Below the pieces are notes generated by a model. The model worked only from the letters and a program-made list of their open reading frames with translations, was not told the DNA's origin and made no database searches. Position numbers and translations under genes: made by a program. Positions 20,584-29,414 of a DNA stretch of 64,000 bases are shown here, in pieces (the stretch's first letter is position 1; every line of letters starts with the position of its first letter). The stretch is from Candidatus Latescibacterota bacterium (lineage in GTDB: Bacteria > Latescibacterota > UBA2968 > UBA8231), in NCBI GenBank assembly GCA_965243025.1, contig CBDETY010000003.1, positions 1,600,001-1,664,000 on the forward strand, read 5' to 3'.

Positions 20584-20612
20584 TTGACAAGGGCGGAGGG
20601 TAGTCCTAATGT
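20584..20612 (+). promoter_or_regulatory. Sigma-70 promoter of the antiporter operon
   Basis: TTGACA-17 nt-TAATGT. Confidence 0.5.
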
Positions 20613-20672
20613 AAGCGTCCTCCCCAGGTCTTCTCCCTTCACTGTAACTCCCTCAGTTTCAACAAGATATCG

Positions 20673-21629
20673 ATGGATTTCTGGACCGCTTCAGCGGTCA
20701 TGGTCCTCTGTTTTGCCGTCCTGTGGAAGTGTGCCGACTGGATGGTGGAGGGTGCCGTGGATCTGGCCCGCCGCATGCAGGTGCCGGCCATACTCATCGG
20801 CATCGTCATCGTCAGCATCGGAACCACGGCCCCGGAGCTGGCGGTTTCGGTGCAGGCCGCTGCATCGGGAAAATCGGAACTTGCCCTGGGGAACGCCGTC
20901 GGCTCGGTCATCTACGACGACGTCCTCGCCCTTCCCCTCGTGGCGCTGCTCTCGCCGGCAGTGGTCCTGATCGACAGGAGCATTTTCAGGGCCGCGGCGA
21001 TCTTCCTGATCTGCGTCGACGTGGTCGCCTACGCCCTGAGCTTCGACGGGACCCTGGCCCGTTGGGAGGGGCTTCTCCTCGTGGCAGGTTTCTGCGGTTA
21101 CCTGGTATTCACCTACCTGCAGCGGCGCCGCAATCCCAGCCAGGGTGACGTCCCCGAAGGTGTGCCTGAACGCTCGCTGTTGCGAATCCTGCTGCTGTTT
21201 GCCGCAGGTTTGGGGGGGGTGATCGTCAGCAGCGAGTACATCGTCGAGTCAGCAGAGGTGGTCGCCCTCGGACTCGGGGTCTCCGAGACAGTCGTCGCCC
21301 TCGGCCTGATAGCCCTCGGAACGTCCGTCCCGGAAATCGCCACCTGTGTCGCCTCGGCCCTGAAACGACAGGGAAGCGTCGCAGTCGGGAACATCCTCGG
21401 GGCGGATATCCTCAACATCTGCTGGATAGCCGGCGCCTCGGCTGTCGTCAACGACCTGAAGGTGGAGAAGGAAGTCATCCATTTCATGTTCCCCGCCATG
21501 CTCGTGGTCGTCTTCACCATGTTGGGGCTGATGCGTATCGGGTACCGCTTCGACCGGTGGAAAGGCGTCGTCCTGCTAGGACTTTTTGTTGTGTATCTCC
21601 TGCTTCTCGTGCTCAACAGTCCCGCCTAG
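20673..21629 (+). CDS. Ca2+/Na+ antiporter (CaCA, YrbG family)
   Basis: Two alpha-repeats, GTTAPELAVS..GNAVGS and GTSVPEIAT..GNILGA, about 10 TM segments. Confidence 0.92.
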   Translation: MDFWTASAVMVLCFAVLWKCADWMVEGAVDLARRMQVPAILIGIVIVSIGTTAPELAVSVQAAASGKSELALGNAVGSVIYDDVLALPLVALLSPAVVLIDRSIFRAAAIFLICVDVVAYALSFDGTLARWEGLLLVAGFCGYLVFTYLQRRRNPSQGDVPEGVPERSLLRILLLFAAGLGGVIVSSEYIVESAEVVALGLGVSETVVALGLIALGTSVPEIATCVASALKRQGSVAVGNILGADILNICWIAGASAVVNDLKVEKEVIHFMFPAMLVVVFTMLGLMRIGYRFDRWKGVVLLGLFVVYLLLLVLNSPA

Positions 21630-21645
21630 GAAAGAGGAACGCGGA

Positions 21646-22416
21646 ATGGATCTCGAACTGAAGGGAAAGGTCGCTCTCGTCACCGGCGCCAGCCGCGGCA
21701 TCGGGCTCGGAATCGCCCGTTGTCTGGCCGCGGAAGGGGCGCACTTGTTCATCTGTGCAAGGACCGCCGAACCGCTCCAGGCGGCTGCCGGGGAGCTTGC
21801 CGATGAAGGCGTTGAAGTCGGCTGTGCAGTGGCAGACGTTACCTCGCCGGACGAGTCCCAACGGGTGGTCGCCGCCGCAAGGGACCGGTTTGGGGGGGTC
21901 GATGTCCTCGTCAACAACGTCGGTGGTTCGGTATGGACACCGTTCGCCGACATCACCGACGACGAGTGGGAACGGGTATTCTCCCTGAGTTTCTTCTCGG
22001 CCGTACGAATGTCGAGAGCCGCACTGCCGGTCATGGAGAATCGGGGCGGCGGCAGCATCGTCAACATCTCGTCGATTTTCGGCCGGGAGACAGGCGGTCC
22101 GGTTTCCTACAACGCCGCCAAGGCGGCGATGATCAGCATGACCGCCAATTTCGCCAAGGAAGCCGCTGCGAAGGGAATTCGCGTCAATACCGTTGCTCCC
22201 GGTTCCATTCTATTTCCAGGGGGAAGCTGGGAACGCCGCCGCAAAGAGAACCCTGAGGGAATCGCCAAATTCGTGGAGGACAACATCCCTTCGGGCAGGT
22301 TTGGAACCCCCGGGGAAGTTGCTGCGGTAGTCGCTTTTCTCGCTTCATCTCGAGCAAGCTGGGTAACCGGGGCGTGCATCAATGTCGACGGGGGGCAATC
22401 GAGGTCCAACATCTGA
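21646..22416 (+). CDS. SDR-family oxidoreductase
   Basis: TGASRGIG, VNNVG, YNAAK, VDGG. Confidence 0.92.
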   Translation: MDLELKGKVALVTGASRGIGLGIARCLAAEGAHLFICARTAEPLQAAAGELADEGVEVGCAVADVTSPDESQRVVAAARDRFGGVDVLVNNVGGSVWTPFADITDDEWERVFSLSFFSAVRMSRAALPVMENRGGGSIVNISSIFGRETGGPVSYNAAKAAMISMTANFAKEAAAKGIRVNTVAPGSILFPGGSWERRRKENPEGIAKFVEDNIPSGRFGTPGEVAAVVAFLASSRASWVTGACINVDGGQSRSNI

Positions 22417-22455
22417 CCCTCGCCACCCGGTCCAGGGCGATTATTTCGGAGACTG

Positions 22456-23715
22456 ATGCGCAAGCTGCTGACGTGGGGATGGTTGGCGACGGTTTTTTTC
22501 AGCCCCGTCCTCATCGACGCGATTGAGGGCGGCGCCGGTCGCAGTCGGTCCGGTCGGGTGGACGCCAGGAGCCTGTCGCTGCGGCGGCAGTACAACGCCG
22601 TTGCCGCAGCGGTCGACACGATCATGAGGCAGCTCGGTCGCGACCGCGTCGACGAGCTCACCGACGATTCGGCCCTCCGGAACCTGCTTTCGGACGACGC
22701 AAAGATCGTGCTGTTGTTCTGGGCGGACGACGAAGCGGAGCTGTTCCTCAACGGCACCCCGGTCAGCTCAACCCGGTTGACTCCGACACGTGTCGAGATT
22801 CCCGAGTTCTACCTGCGGGAAAACAACCTGTTGCAGGCCCATTGCCGGGACACCGACAGGGTCGAGAGCGGTTTCATGGCAGGCCTTTACGTCGAGTGGA
22901 GCGACGGCGGCATGAGACCAGTGGTAACGACTGGTGAAGGGACCTGGCAGCTCGCAAAGGGAAGCCCTGAACAAGCAACCGCCGGAGAGATCTTGTACAC
23001 CCACCCACAACCGGACATCCCCGAAGCGAGGGTTATCTGGGGGGAGAAGCTGTTCGGTGAGATCCGGCTGAGTGTGCAATTCTCTGCGGCGGATGTTCGG
23101 GCGGCCGGAGACCGCGGGCCGGCAGGGCTGCGTCTGCCCCATGATTGGGGAAGAGACCAGCCTATGGATTTTCACGTCTCAATCAGCCGCCTTGTCCATC
23201 TCCAGGAGGAGCGCCGCAGGTTGGCGCGAGTCCTCGAGGCAAGGCACTCGGAATTGGAGCCGTACCTGCGGTTCGGAGGGGCCCATATCTCGCCGATTGC
23301 CTACAGCCTCGGCAGAAGCGAGCCCCTTTCCGAAGAGCGGGAAAGCGTGGCTTCTTCAGCCAGGCTGGTAAAGTGGGTGAAGCAGCTGCCGTCCGAGGAC
23401 CGTGCACTCGTGCTGGGGCCGGCGCGTCAGTTGAAGGGGGCATCCGCGGCGACTCGCCAGGAGTTTGCATCCCGGTCCGAGGCAGGAAGGGAAGACCGCC
23501 GTCTCGACTATCAGCCCCCCCGCGACCTTGGAGCGCAGCGCCGCCCGGCAACTGAGGTTATTTCTGTGGAAAGACTCGGGCCCCGGAGAGATACCGATGT
23601 CCTGTCGTTGGTGGCTTTCGGCCTGTTGGCCGCCTACACAGGAGCCGCGTCCCACCGGTGGTGGAAGCTGTTTCGCGGGCGAATCCATGTGGAAAAACGC
23701 AGGAGCTTGAGATAG
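22456..23715 (+). CDS. Exported protein with putative carbohydrate-binding jelly-roll domain and C-terminal membrane anchor
   Basis: Signal peptide; WADDEAELFLNG...NNLLQAH...GFMAGL...VTTGEGTW resembles lectin / rhamnosidase N-terminal domains; C-terminal TM followed by a basic tail. Confidence 0.65.
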   Translation: MRKLLTWGWLATVFFSPVLIDAIEGGAGRSRSGRVDARSLSLRRQYNAVAAAVDTIMRQLGRDRVDELTDDSALRNLLSDDAKIVLLFWADDEAELFLNGTPVSSTRLTPTRVEIPEFYLRENNLLQAHCRDTDRVESGFMAGLYVEWSDGGMRPVVTTGEGTWQLAKGSPEQATAGEILYTHPQPDIPEARVIWGEKLFGEIRLSVQFSAADVRAAGDRGPAGLRLPHDWGRDQPMDFHVSISRLVHLQEERRRLARVLEARHSELEPYLRFGGAHISPIAYSLGRSEPLSEERESVASSARLVKWVKQLPSEDRALVLGPARQLKGASAATRQEFASRSEAGREDRRLDYQPPRDLGAQRRPATEVISVERLGPRRDTDVLSLVAFGLLAAYTGAASHRWWKLFRGRIHVEKRRSLR

Positions 23716-23718
23716 CTC

Positions 23719-24495
23719 GTGGACTGGCTTCACTACGCCCTTGGGGTCCTATTCCTGATTGCCTGTGGTGCAAGTGGCTGCCTCATGTTGCTGCTCCGGG
23801 CTCGAGGTATTGAAGGGCGCGAACGGGTGTACGGCATCGTCACCCCGCGGCTCCGTGAAATCGCCAGCGTTCTGGGGGCCCTTGCCGGACTGGCCATCGG
23901 CGCCATCATCCTCTACTTCGCCTCCCGCACGTCACAATTCGATCTCATCGAGTGGGTGGGCCGGGGGTCGTACATGCTTGTTACCGGCGCCGCCTCCGGT
24001 CACCTGTTGATCCTGATACGGACAGCCTTGCACTTGCAATCAGAAGAAGCCGCCTGGGCGTCCGGGGGAAATCCGCCGCGGGGGACTCTCGCTTACCGGC
24101 GGCTGCAAGCTCTGGCGGGATTCCGCCGTCAGCACCTGCAATACGCTGAAATCAGCATGCGGGACGACGGGGCGCTCGAAGAGCTGATCGGGGTGCTGGG
24201 GACGCCGCTGTTGAATGCCCGCAACGACCTGTCGCGGATTCCCTTCTATGGCTACCTGGGAACCGTGTGCGGTATTCTGCTTATGGCTCGGCAGCTCGGT
24301 TTCATCAACGAGGCGACGGAGACCTTCAAGGTTCTGAGCTCCATGGCGACCGGCCTCGTGCTCGCCTTCCAGACTACGCTGGTGGCACTGCTCGCCTTTC
24401 TGCCGCTTCGCAAAATCACCGACTACCTTATCCGGCGGTTGGGCAGGCTGGAAGAGATGTGGCTCCAGGCTCGCGACGGGGGAGTCCGGGGATGA
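23719..24495 (+). CDS. MotA/TolQ/ExbB-family ion-channel subunit with extra N-terminal TM helices
   Basis: IPFYGYLGTVCGI and GLVLAFQTTLVALL match the ExbB/TolQ channel-helix signatures. Confidence 0.82.
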   Translation: MDWLHYALGVLFLIACGASGCLMLLLRARGIEGRERVYGIVTPRLREIASVLGALAGLAIGAIILYFASRTSQFDLIEWVGRGSYMLVTGAASGHLLILIRTALHLQSEEAAWASGGNPPRGTLAYRRLQALAGFRRQHLQYAEISMRDDGALEELIGVLGTPLLNARNDLSRIPFYGYLGTVCGILLMARQLGFINEATETFKVLSSMATGLVLAFQTTLVALLAFLPLRKITDYLIRRLGRLEEMWLQARDGGVRG

Positions 24496-24911
24496 GCCGC
24501 CTGGTGCGCAAGGTGGATGCCGATGTCGTGGAACACGACATCAGCAAAGAGCTGTTCCTCGGCATCATGATGCTGATGCTATGCCTCGGCATCATGATTC
24601 TCAACGTATCCAAACCGGTTTGGCGGGTCCACAAACAGGACCCGAAGCCCGGCGACGTGGTCGTCGTCTACGGTGAGAACGAGTTCGGACTGTCGTCGGA
24701 CGGAACCAGGATTCTGCGGACCATGAGTGAGTCGGATTTCCGCCGCCAGGTAGCCTCGATGGTCAGCGACCCGGAAACCGACCTTCACCTTTTCCGGCGA
24801 AGCGGAAGCCGCGAGAGGATCGTGCGCCATGCCGCGTACGCCGATTCCCTGCTATCGACGGATCAATCTGGAAACAAGGTGAGAACAGCTGTGTTCGTTC
24901 ACGGCTGGTAG
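24492..24911 (+). CDS. ExbD/TolR-like single-pass protein (atypical)
   Basis: ATGA overlap with the ExbB-like gene; EHDISKELFLGIMMLMLCLGIMILN TM followed by a roughly 100-aa domain; 139 aa. Confidence 0.65.
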   Translation: MSRLVRKVDADVVEHDISKELFLGIMMLMLCLGIMILNVSKPVWRVHKQDPKPGDVVVVYGENEFGLSSDGTRILRTMSESDFRRQVASMVSDPETDLHLFRRSGSRERIVRHAAYADSLLSTDQSGNKVRTAVFVHGW

Positions 24912-24973
24912 AATGTGAAGATGCCCGGATTCAGGGGATGGGTGAAAACGGTGCACCGTGGCATGGTGTCTGG

Positions 24974-25810
24974 TTACTCTTTCATCACGGCCAGCACATC
25001 GACGCCGCCGAGCGTCTCGTTGGAGAAGGTCAGGATCGCCATTCCCTCGCTCCGGTCCACCTGGTAGTCGTCACCTTTTTTGAGCGACCCGTAACGGTCC
25101 ACGAGGGCCTCTATCTCCCCTTCGAGCATCAGGGTCTCCCCTGCTGCGACCAGTTTTACGGCAGGGTCCTTCGGCTCCAGCTTCTTCGTCATCCTGAACG
25201 ACTTGCGAAAACCACGGCGGAAAGCCCGCGACGACTTCAGGTATCCGTTCTCTTTCAGAAACGATTCGGTCGCCGCATATACGCGCACCGAGGTTTGCGC
25301 CTTTCGCAAGGTGGCGGCGTCTTCCCGGGCACGGACGAGATCGGATTCCATGCGCCGGATGTATTCCTCCTGTCGCCGGATGCTGGTGTGGGCCTCGAGC
25401 AAGGTTGCGTTTAGGCTGTCGGCCTGCAGGCGCAGCTCGGCGATGGTCTGTTTATCCGCCAGTTTCTCCCGTTTGAGGTTGCGAATCTCCGCGGTGAGCT
25501 GCTCGTTCCTGCGCTTGTGATCCCTGGCGAGGTTCCGCCACCTCTTGACCGCCTTGTTGAGGCGCTGAACCGACTGCAGCAGTTTGGCATCGACCCGCTG
25601 CAGGCTGTCGACGCGGGAACGCATGTTGTCGATAAGGAGGTTCGACGACTCGACCGTGTAGTTCAGGCTGTCGATGGTCGTGTTGGCCTTGGTCAAATCC
25701 TCCTGCAGCTCGGCAATCAGGATCTCTTCCTCGGAAGGGCCGCAGGACAACGTCAGCAGAACTACACTCCCCAGGGTGACGGAAACACCCTTTCTCCAGG
25801 AAGCACGCAT
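24974..25810 (-). CDS. Coiled-coil lipoprotein with C-terminal globular domain
   Basis: Lipobox LTLSC, about 150 aa of heptads, then VYAATESFLKENGYL-initiated domain. Confidence 0.78.
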   Translation of the reverse strand: MRASWRKGVSVTLGSVVLLTLSCGPSEEEILIAELQEDLTKANTTIDSLNYTVESSNLLIDNMRSRVDSLQRVDAKLLQSVQRLNKAVKRWRNLARDHKRRNEQLTAEIRNLKREKLADKQTIAELRLQADSLNATLLEAHTSIRRQEEYIRRMESDLVRAREDAATLRKAQTSVRVYAATESFLKENGYLKSSRAFRRGFRKSFRMTKKLEPKDPAVKLVAAGETLMLEGEIEALVDRYGSLKKGDDYQVDRSEGMAILTFSNETLGGVDVLAVMKE

Positions 25811-25839
25811 GATTCTCTCCACGCAATAGGGGACAGGTG

Positions 25840-26610
25840 CTACTTGCTTTTCCATCTGTAAAGACTGTCGACCTGGGTCATGGTTCGCGAAATGTCGCGG
25901 TAGAGTGATGCCTGGCTGCGAGCCACCGCGTCGATTTTCCTGGTGTTCATGTCCTGTACCTCAGCGGTTGCATTCACCTTGCCGATCAGGCTGTTCTGAG
26001 TGGCGCTCAACCCCGACACCTTCCTGTCGAGGCGGGTCGTCTCATCCTGAATGCGGGCAAGTTGCGTCTGCACTCCCTTCATCGTTCCCAGGTGAAAGTC
26101 GAGAACCTCGCGGATTCCCTCGTAGCGCACCTCCTCTTTCCGGAAGCGCTCCGCCGCCTGCCGGTTTTGCCCTTCCTGGTACTGCAGGCGGGCGCGCCGC
26201 TCTTTGTCGAGTTTCGCTTCGAGTTCCAGGTATCGGGCATTCAGCTCGCCCAGGCTGTCACGGGTCTTCCTGTGGGCGGCTTTCTCGTTCTGGAGTCGAG
26301 AGCGCACCTCGAATTCGGAGGCGGTCAGGTCCGCTTTCTCCGCCAGCTGGCCGACAAGCTGTTCGCTGAGATCGCCAAGCCTTTCAGTCACCCTCTTCAT
26401 CTGCTGCTGCAACTCGCGGCGGTGGTCACGCTGGCGCTCCTGGGCAATGAAAAGGACGAGGCCGATTACCACTCCGGCCACGGCCGTGGTGTACGCACCG
26501 AACCACAGAACATGCCTGCTCTCGAAGCGCTCCACCGTTTTCAGCAGTGCAAGCGCGCCTCCCCAGAGCAGAATCAGGCCGGCGGCTATGGCGGCAACGA
26601 TCGTTTCCAC
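25840..26610 (-). CDS. Two-TM membrane protein with long coiled coil
   Basis: Two hydrophobic N-terminal helices, then about 190 aa of Q/E/R/L heptads. GTG start estimated. Confidence 0.75.
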   Translation of the reverse strand: METIVAAIAAGLILLWGGALALLKTVERFESRHVLWFGAYTTAVAGVVIGLVLFIAQERQRDHRRELQQQMKRVTERLGDLSEQLVGQLAEKADLTASEFEVRSRLQNEKAAHRKTRDSLGELNARYLELEAKLDKERRARLQYQEGQNRQAAERFRKEEVRYEGIREVLDFHLGTMKGVQTQLARIQDETTRLDRKVSGLSATQNSLIGKVNATAEVQDMNTRKIDAVARSQASLYRDISRTMTQVDSLYRWKSK

Positions 26611-26749
26611 GCAGGAGATACCGGTGTCAGCGAGTGCGGCTCTTCGCGGATTCCCGGGGACAGATGATGCGATGAAGGGGGGATGTTCGGAGGAGTGAGA
26701 ACCGGATTCCAAAATAACACCGCCACGGGCGGGTTGGCAAACAGGGGAA

Positions 26750-27050
26750 ACTGTTGGTATCGAACGGACGGAACCATCAATGCGTCGAGATCTGTGGCAG
26801 GTAGCGGGTAGCTGCTGTTCGGGTGTTGTTCGTACAGCTCGGGATTTTCGTGGTTAACCCCCGAAGGTCCGCTGTGCCGTGCGGCAGCACCGCAGGTAAT
26901 GCAGGTGCCGGTATCCCGCCCGGCGGCATGCCCAAAATCCGCTTCAACTCCTCAAGTTCTTTAGTACCATCCCTTCTCTTTTTCCGGGATGCCCCCTTTA
27001 TTTTCCGAAACTGTGTTTCCATAGCCAGACGTCACCATAATCCTCGACAT
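26750..27050 (-). pseudogene. Possible decayed VOC/glyoxalase-family gene
   Basis: GGAGGAG RBS and ATG at 27050. Frame reads MSRIMV...EKGWY*RT*GVEADF...YPLPATDLDAL, with two stops inside a WY-x3-G-like motif. Confidence 0.3.
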
Positions 27051-27283
27051 GATCTCCTCCATCCTGCACCTCCAGAATTGCCGAACCGATCCGGCGATTG
27101 ACGATCGCCTGGTGCAACGGTGTCGCGGCCTCCCCGGAGGGACATTCTGATTCGTCGCCCGGGCGCCCTTCGAGGAGCTGGTAATCCCGGACTGGGCGGC
27201 AAGGTCGCTTTCACCACGGACTGTTCCGCTTCCATCCGCAACGATTCTTCGATGTTCTCATCTGCCGGCTTCGGGGTTCGGGG

Positions 27284-28453
27284 TTGATGGGCTCCTTCAA
27301 CAATCCATTCTCCGAGTGGAATCGCGACTTCGCCCTGCTCGCAGCGGCAGTTTTCGGGGTCGGAATCTTTTTCGGCGTCCAGCTGACTCTGTTCAACAAC
27401 TTCATCGTCGAGCGCCTGGATATCGAAGCCCACGAGCTGGGTTGGGTGGAGTCGCTTCGTGAAATTCCCGGGTTTCTGAATGCCCTTTTCATCGCCTTGA
27501 TGATTCGGCTGGCCCCCTCGCTTGTTGCCGGGGTGGCGCTGGCGATCATGGGGATCGGCCTGATGGCCTACGCCGAGGTGGGCTCGGTGCCGGAGCTTGC
27601 GGTCTACTCGGTGGTGTGGAGCATCGGCTTCCACTGCTGGCTTCCGATGGAATCGACCCTGGCCCTGCGTTTCTCACCACCCGGAGGCAAAGGGAGGTGG
27701 CTCGGCCAGCTGCGCGCCATCAACAGCGTCGCCTGGCTTCTCACCATCGGCGCCTGCATGGTTTTACTGGAACGGATCAGGTACGAAGGCTTGTACATCC
27801 TCGCGGGCGGAGCTACCGTCCTCGGGGGCCTTGCGCTCTTCTTCGCCTCGCGGGGCCACTCCGGGGTCGAAGAGAAGGGATTCGTTCTCAAACGCCGGTA
27901 CGGCCTTTACTACGTGCTGCAGTTCCTCGAGGGGTGCCGGCGGCAGATGTTCATCACCTTCGCGATTTTTGCACTGGTCAAGGTTCACGGGATGCCGGTC
28001 GGGACCACCATGGTCCTGGTACTGATCAACCAGGTACTGATAACCATCACCGCTCCCATGATTGGGCGCTTCGTCGATCTTCGGGGAGAACGCCAGATGC
28101 TCAGCATCGGGTATTTCCTGGTGATCTTCGTGTTTGTCGGTTACGGCCTCATCGAGAACCGGCCGATTCTCTACGTCCTCTACTGTGTAGACAACCTCAT
28201 TTTCTTCGGTGGTATCGCGCTGACCACCTATATCAACAAGATCGCCCTGAAGGAAGACCTCAAGCCGACGCTGTCGATGGGGGTAACGATGAATCACTTT
28301 GCCGCGGTAGCAGCGCCGTTGCTGGGCGGATTCGCCTGGCATTACTTTGACTATCGTGTGATTTTCTTCAGCGGTGCGGTTCTCGCGCTTCTCTCACTGA
28401 TCGTCAGTCAATGGGTCGACCCCGAGAAGGCGGCATTGGAGAGAGAACCGTAA
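27284..28453 (+). CDS. MFS transporter
   Basis: About 12 TM segments; GRFVDLRGER loop motif. Confidence 0.88.
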   Translation: MMGSFNNPFSEWNRDFALLAAAVFGVGIFFGVQLTLFNNFIVERLDIEAHELGWVESLREIPGFLNALFIALMIRLAPSLVAGVALAIMGIGLMAYAEVGSVPELAVYSVVWSIGFHCWLPMESTLALRFSPPGGKGRWLGQLRAINSVAWLLTIGACMVLLERIRYEGLYILAGGATVLGGLALFFASRGHSGVEEKGFVLKRRYGLYYVLQFLEGCRRQMFITFAIFALVKVHGMPVGTTMVLVLINQVLITITAPMIGRFVDLRGERQMLSIGYFLVIFVFVGYGLIENRPILYVLYCVDNLIFFGGIALTTYINKIALKEDLKPTLSMGVTMNHFAAVAAPLLGGFAWHYFDYRVIFFSGAVLALLSLIVSQWVDPEKAALEREP

Positions 28454-28532
28454 GGGCCGAAGCGGATCCGGATGGGAGCGGCGACAAGCGCTGCTGTTTT
28501 CCGCTTGATCAATCCCGACAGGAGTTGGAGGC

Positions 28533-29405
28533 ATGTTGAAAGTAGGGGCCCGGCCGCCCGGGTTCGCCGGAGAGATCGGCTTTGACGGATTTGCCGAGTG
28601 GCTTGCGGAGAATGGGTTCGGGGCGGTCGATACCCCGCTCCTTACGAGTGGAATCGCCGCTACCTGCAAACGGGTGGGGTTGGAAATCGGCACTTCCGAC
28701 GCGCCGGGAAGCGGTCTGCTGTCGACCGACGAAACGAAGCGTGGCATTGCGCTTGAAACCCTCGAGAAAGACCTGGGCGACGTGGCCAGGCATGGTGGAA
28801 AAACCTGTTTCGCCGTTCTCATGCCGGACGATCCCAGTCAGCCGCGGGCAAAGTCCTTCAAAATCTTCGAAAAGGTGTATCCCCGGGTGGTGGAGCACGC
28901 CGAGGAAGCAGGGGTACAGATCGCGATAGAACCGTGGCCGGGGCCCGCTCCGTACTATCCCAACCTGGGATGCAGTCCGGAAAGCTTGCGGCGTATTTTT
29001 GCCGCCGTTCCTTCACCCAACCTGGGGATTTGCTACGACCCTTCCCATTTTGCCCGCATCCAGATCGATCACGTGCGAGTCCTGCACGAGTTCGCCGACC
29101 GGGTGCGCCACGTCCACCTCAAGGATACCGAGATCATCGACGAAAACCTGTATGAGTGCGGAATCCTTGGCCCGACCTTCGATTCGCCGTACGGATTCGG
29201 CGAGGGATGGTGGCGGTATACCATTCCGGGAGAGGGGATGGTCGACTGGCAGCTCGTCATCCGGCGGCTCGAGGATGCAGGATACGAAGGGGTCCTCAGC
29301 GTCGAGCTCGAGGACCATTACTTCTGGGGCAGCCCGGAACTGCAGAAAGAAGGTCTGCTGCGCTCGAAGGAGTTCATCGAGCAGATCCTGAAGTCCGCCT
29401 CATAG
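28533..29405 (+). CDS. Sugar-phosphate isomerase/epimerase (xylose-isomerase-like TIM barrel)
   Basis: AIEPW, YDPSH, HVHLKD, PGEG-x-VDW, SVELED metal ligands. Confidence 0.9.
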   Translation: MLKVGARPPGFAGEIGFDGFAEWLAENGFGAVDTPLLTSGIAATCKRVGLEIGTSDAPGSGLLSTDETKRGIALETLEKDLGDVARHGGKTCFAVLMPDDPSQPRAKSFKIFEKVYPRVVEHAEEAGVQIAIEPWPGPAPYYPNLGCSPESLRRIFAAVPSPNLGICYDPSHFARIQIDHVRVLHEFADRVRHVHLKDTEIIDENLYECGILGPTFDSPYGFGEGWWRYTIPGEGMVDWQLVIRRLEDAGYEGVLSVELEDHYFWGSPELQKEGLLRSKEFIEQILKSAS

Positions 29406-29414
29406 GGGGACGCC

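Noticed and set aside
23719-24911. Zorya ZorAB or flagellar MotAB
   Set aside because: The B subunit has no OmpA-like domain, the A subunit has no long tail, and there are no zorC/D/E or flagellar genes.
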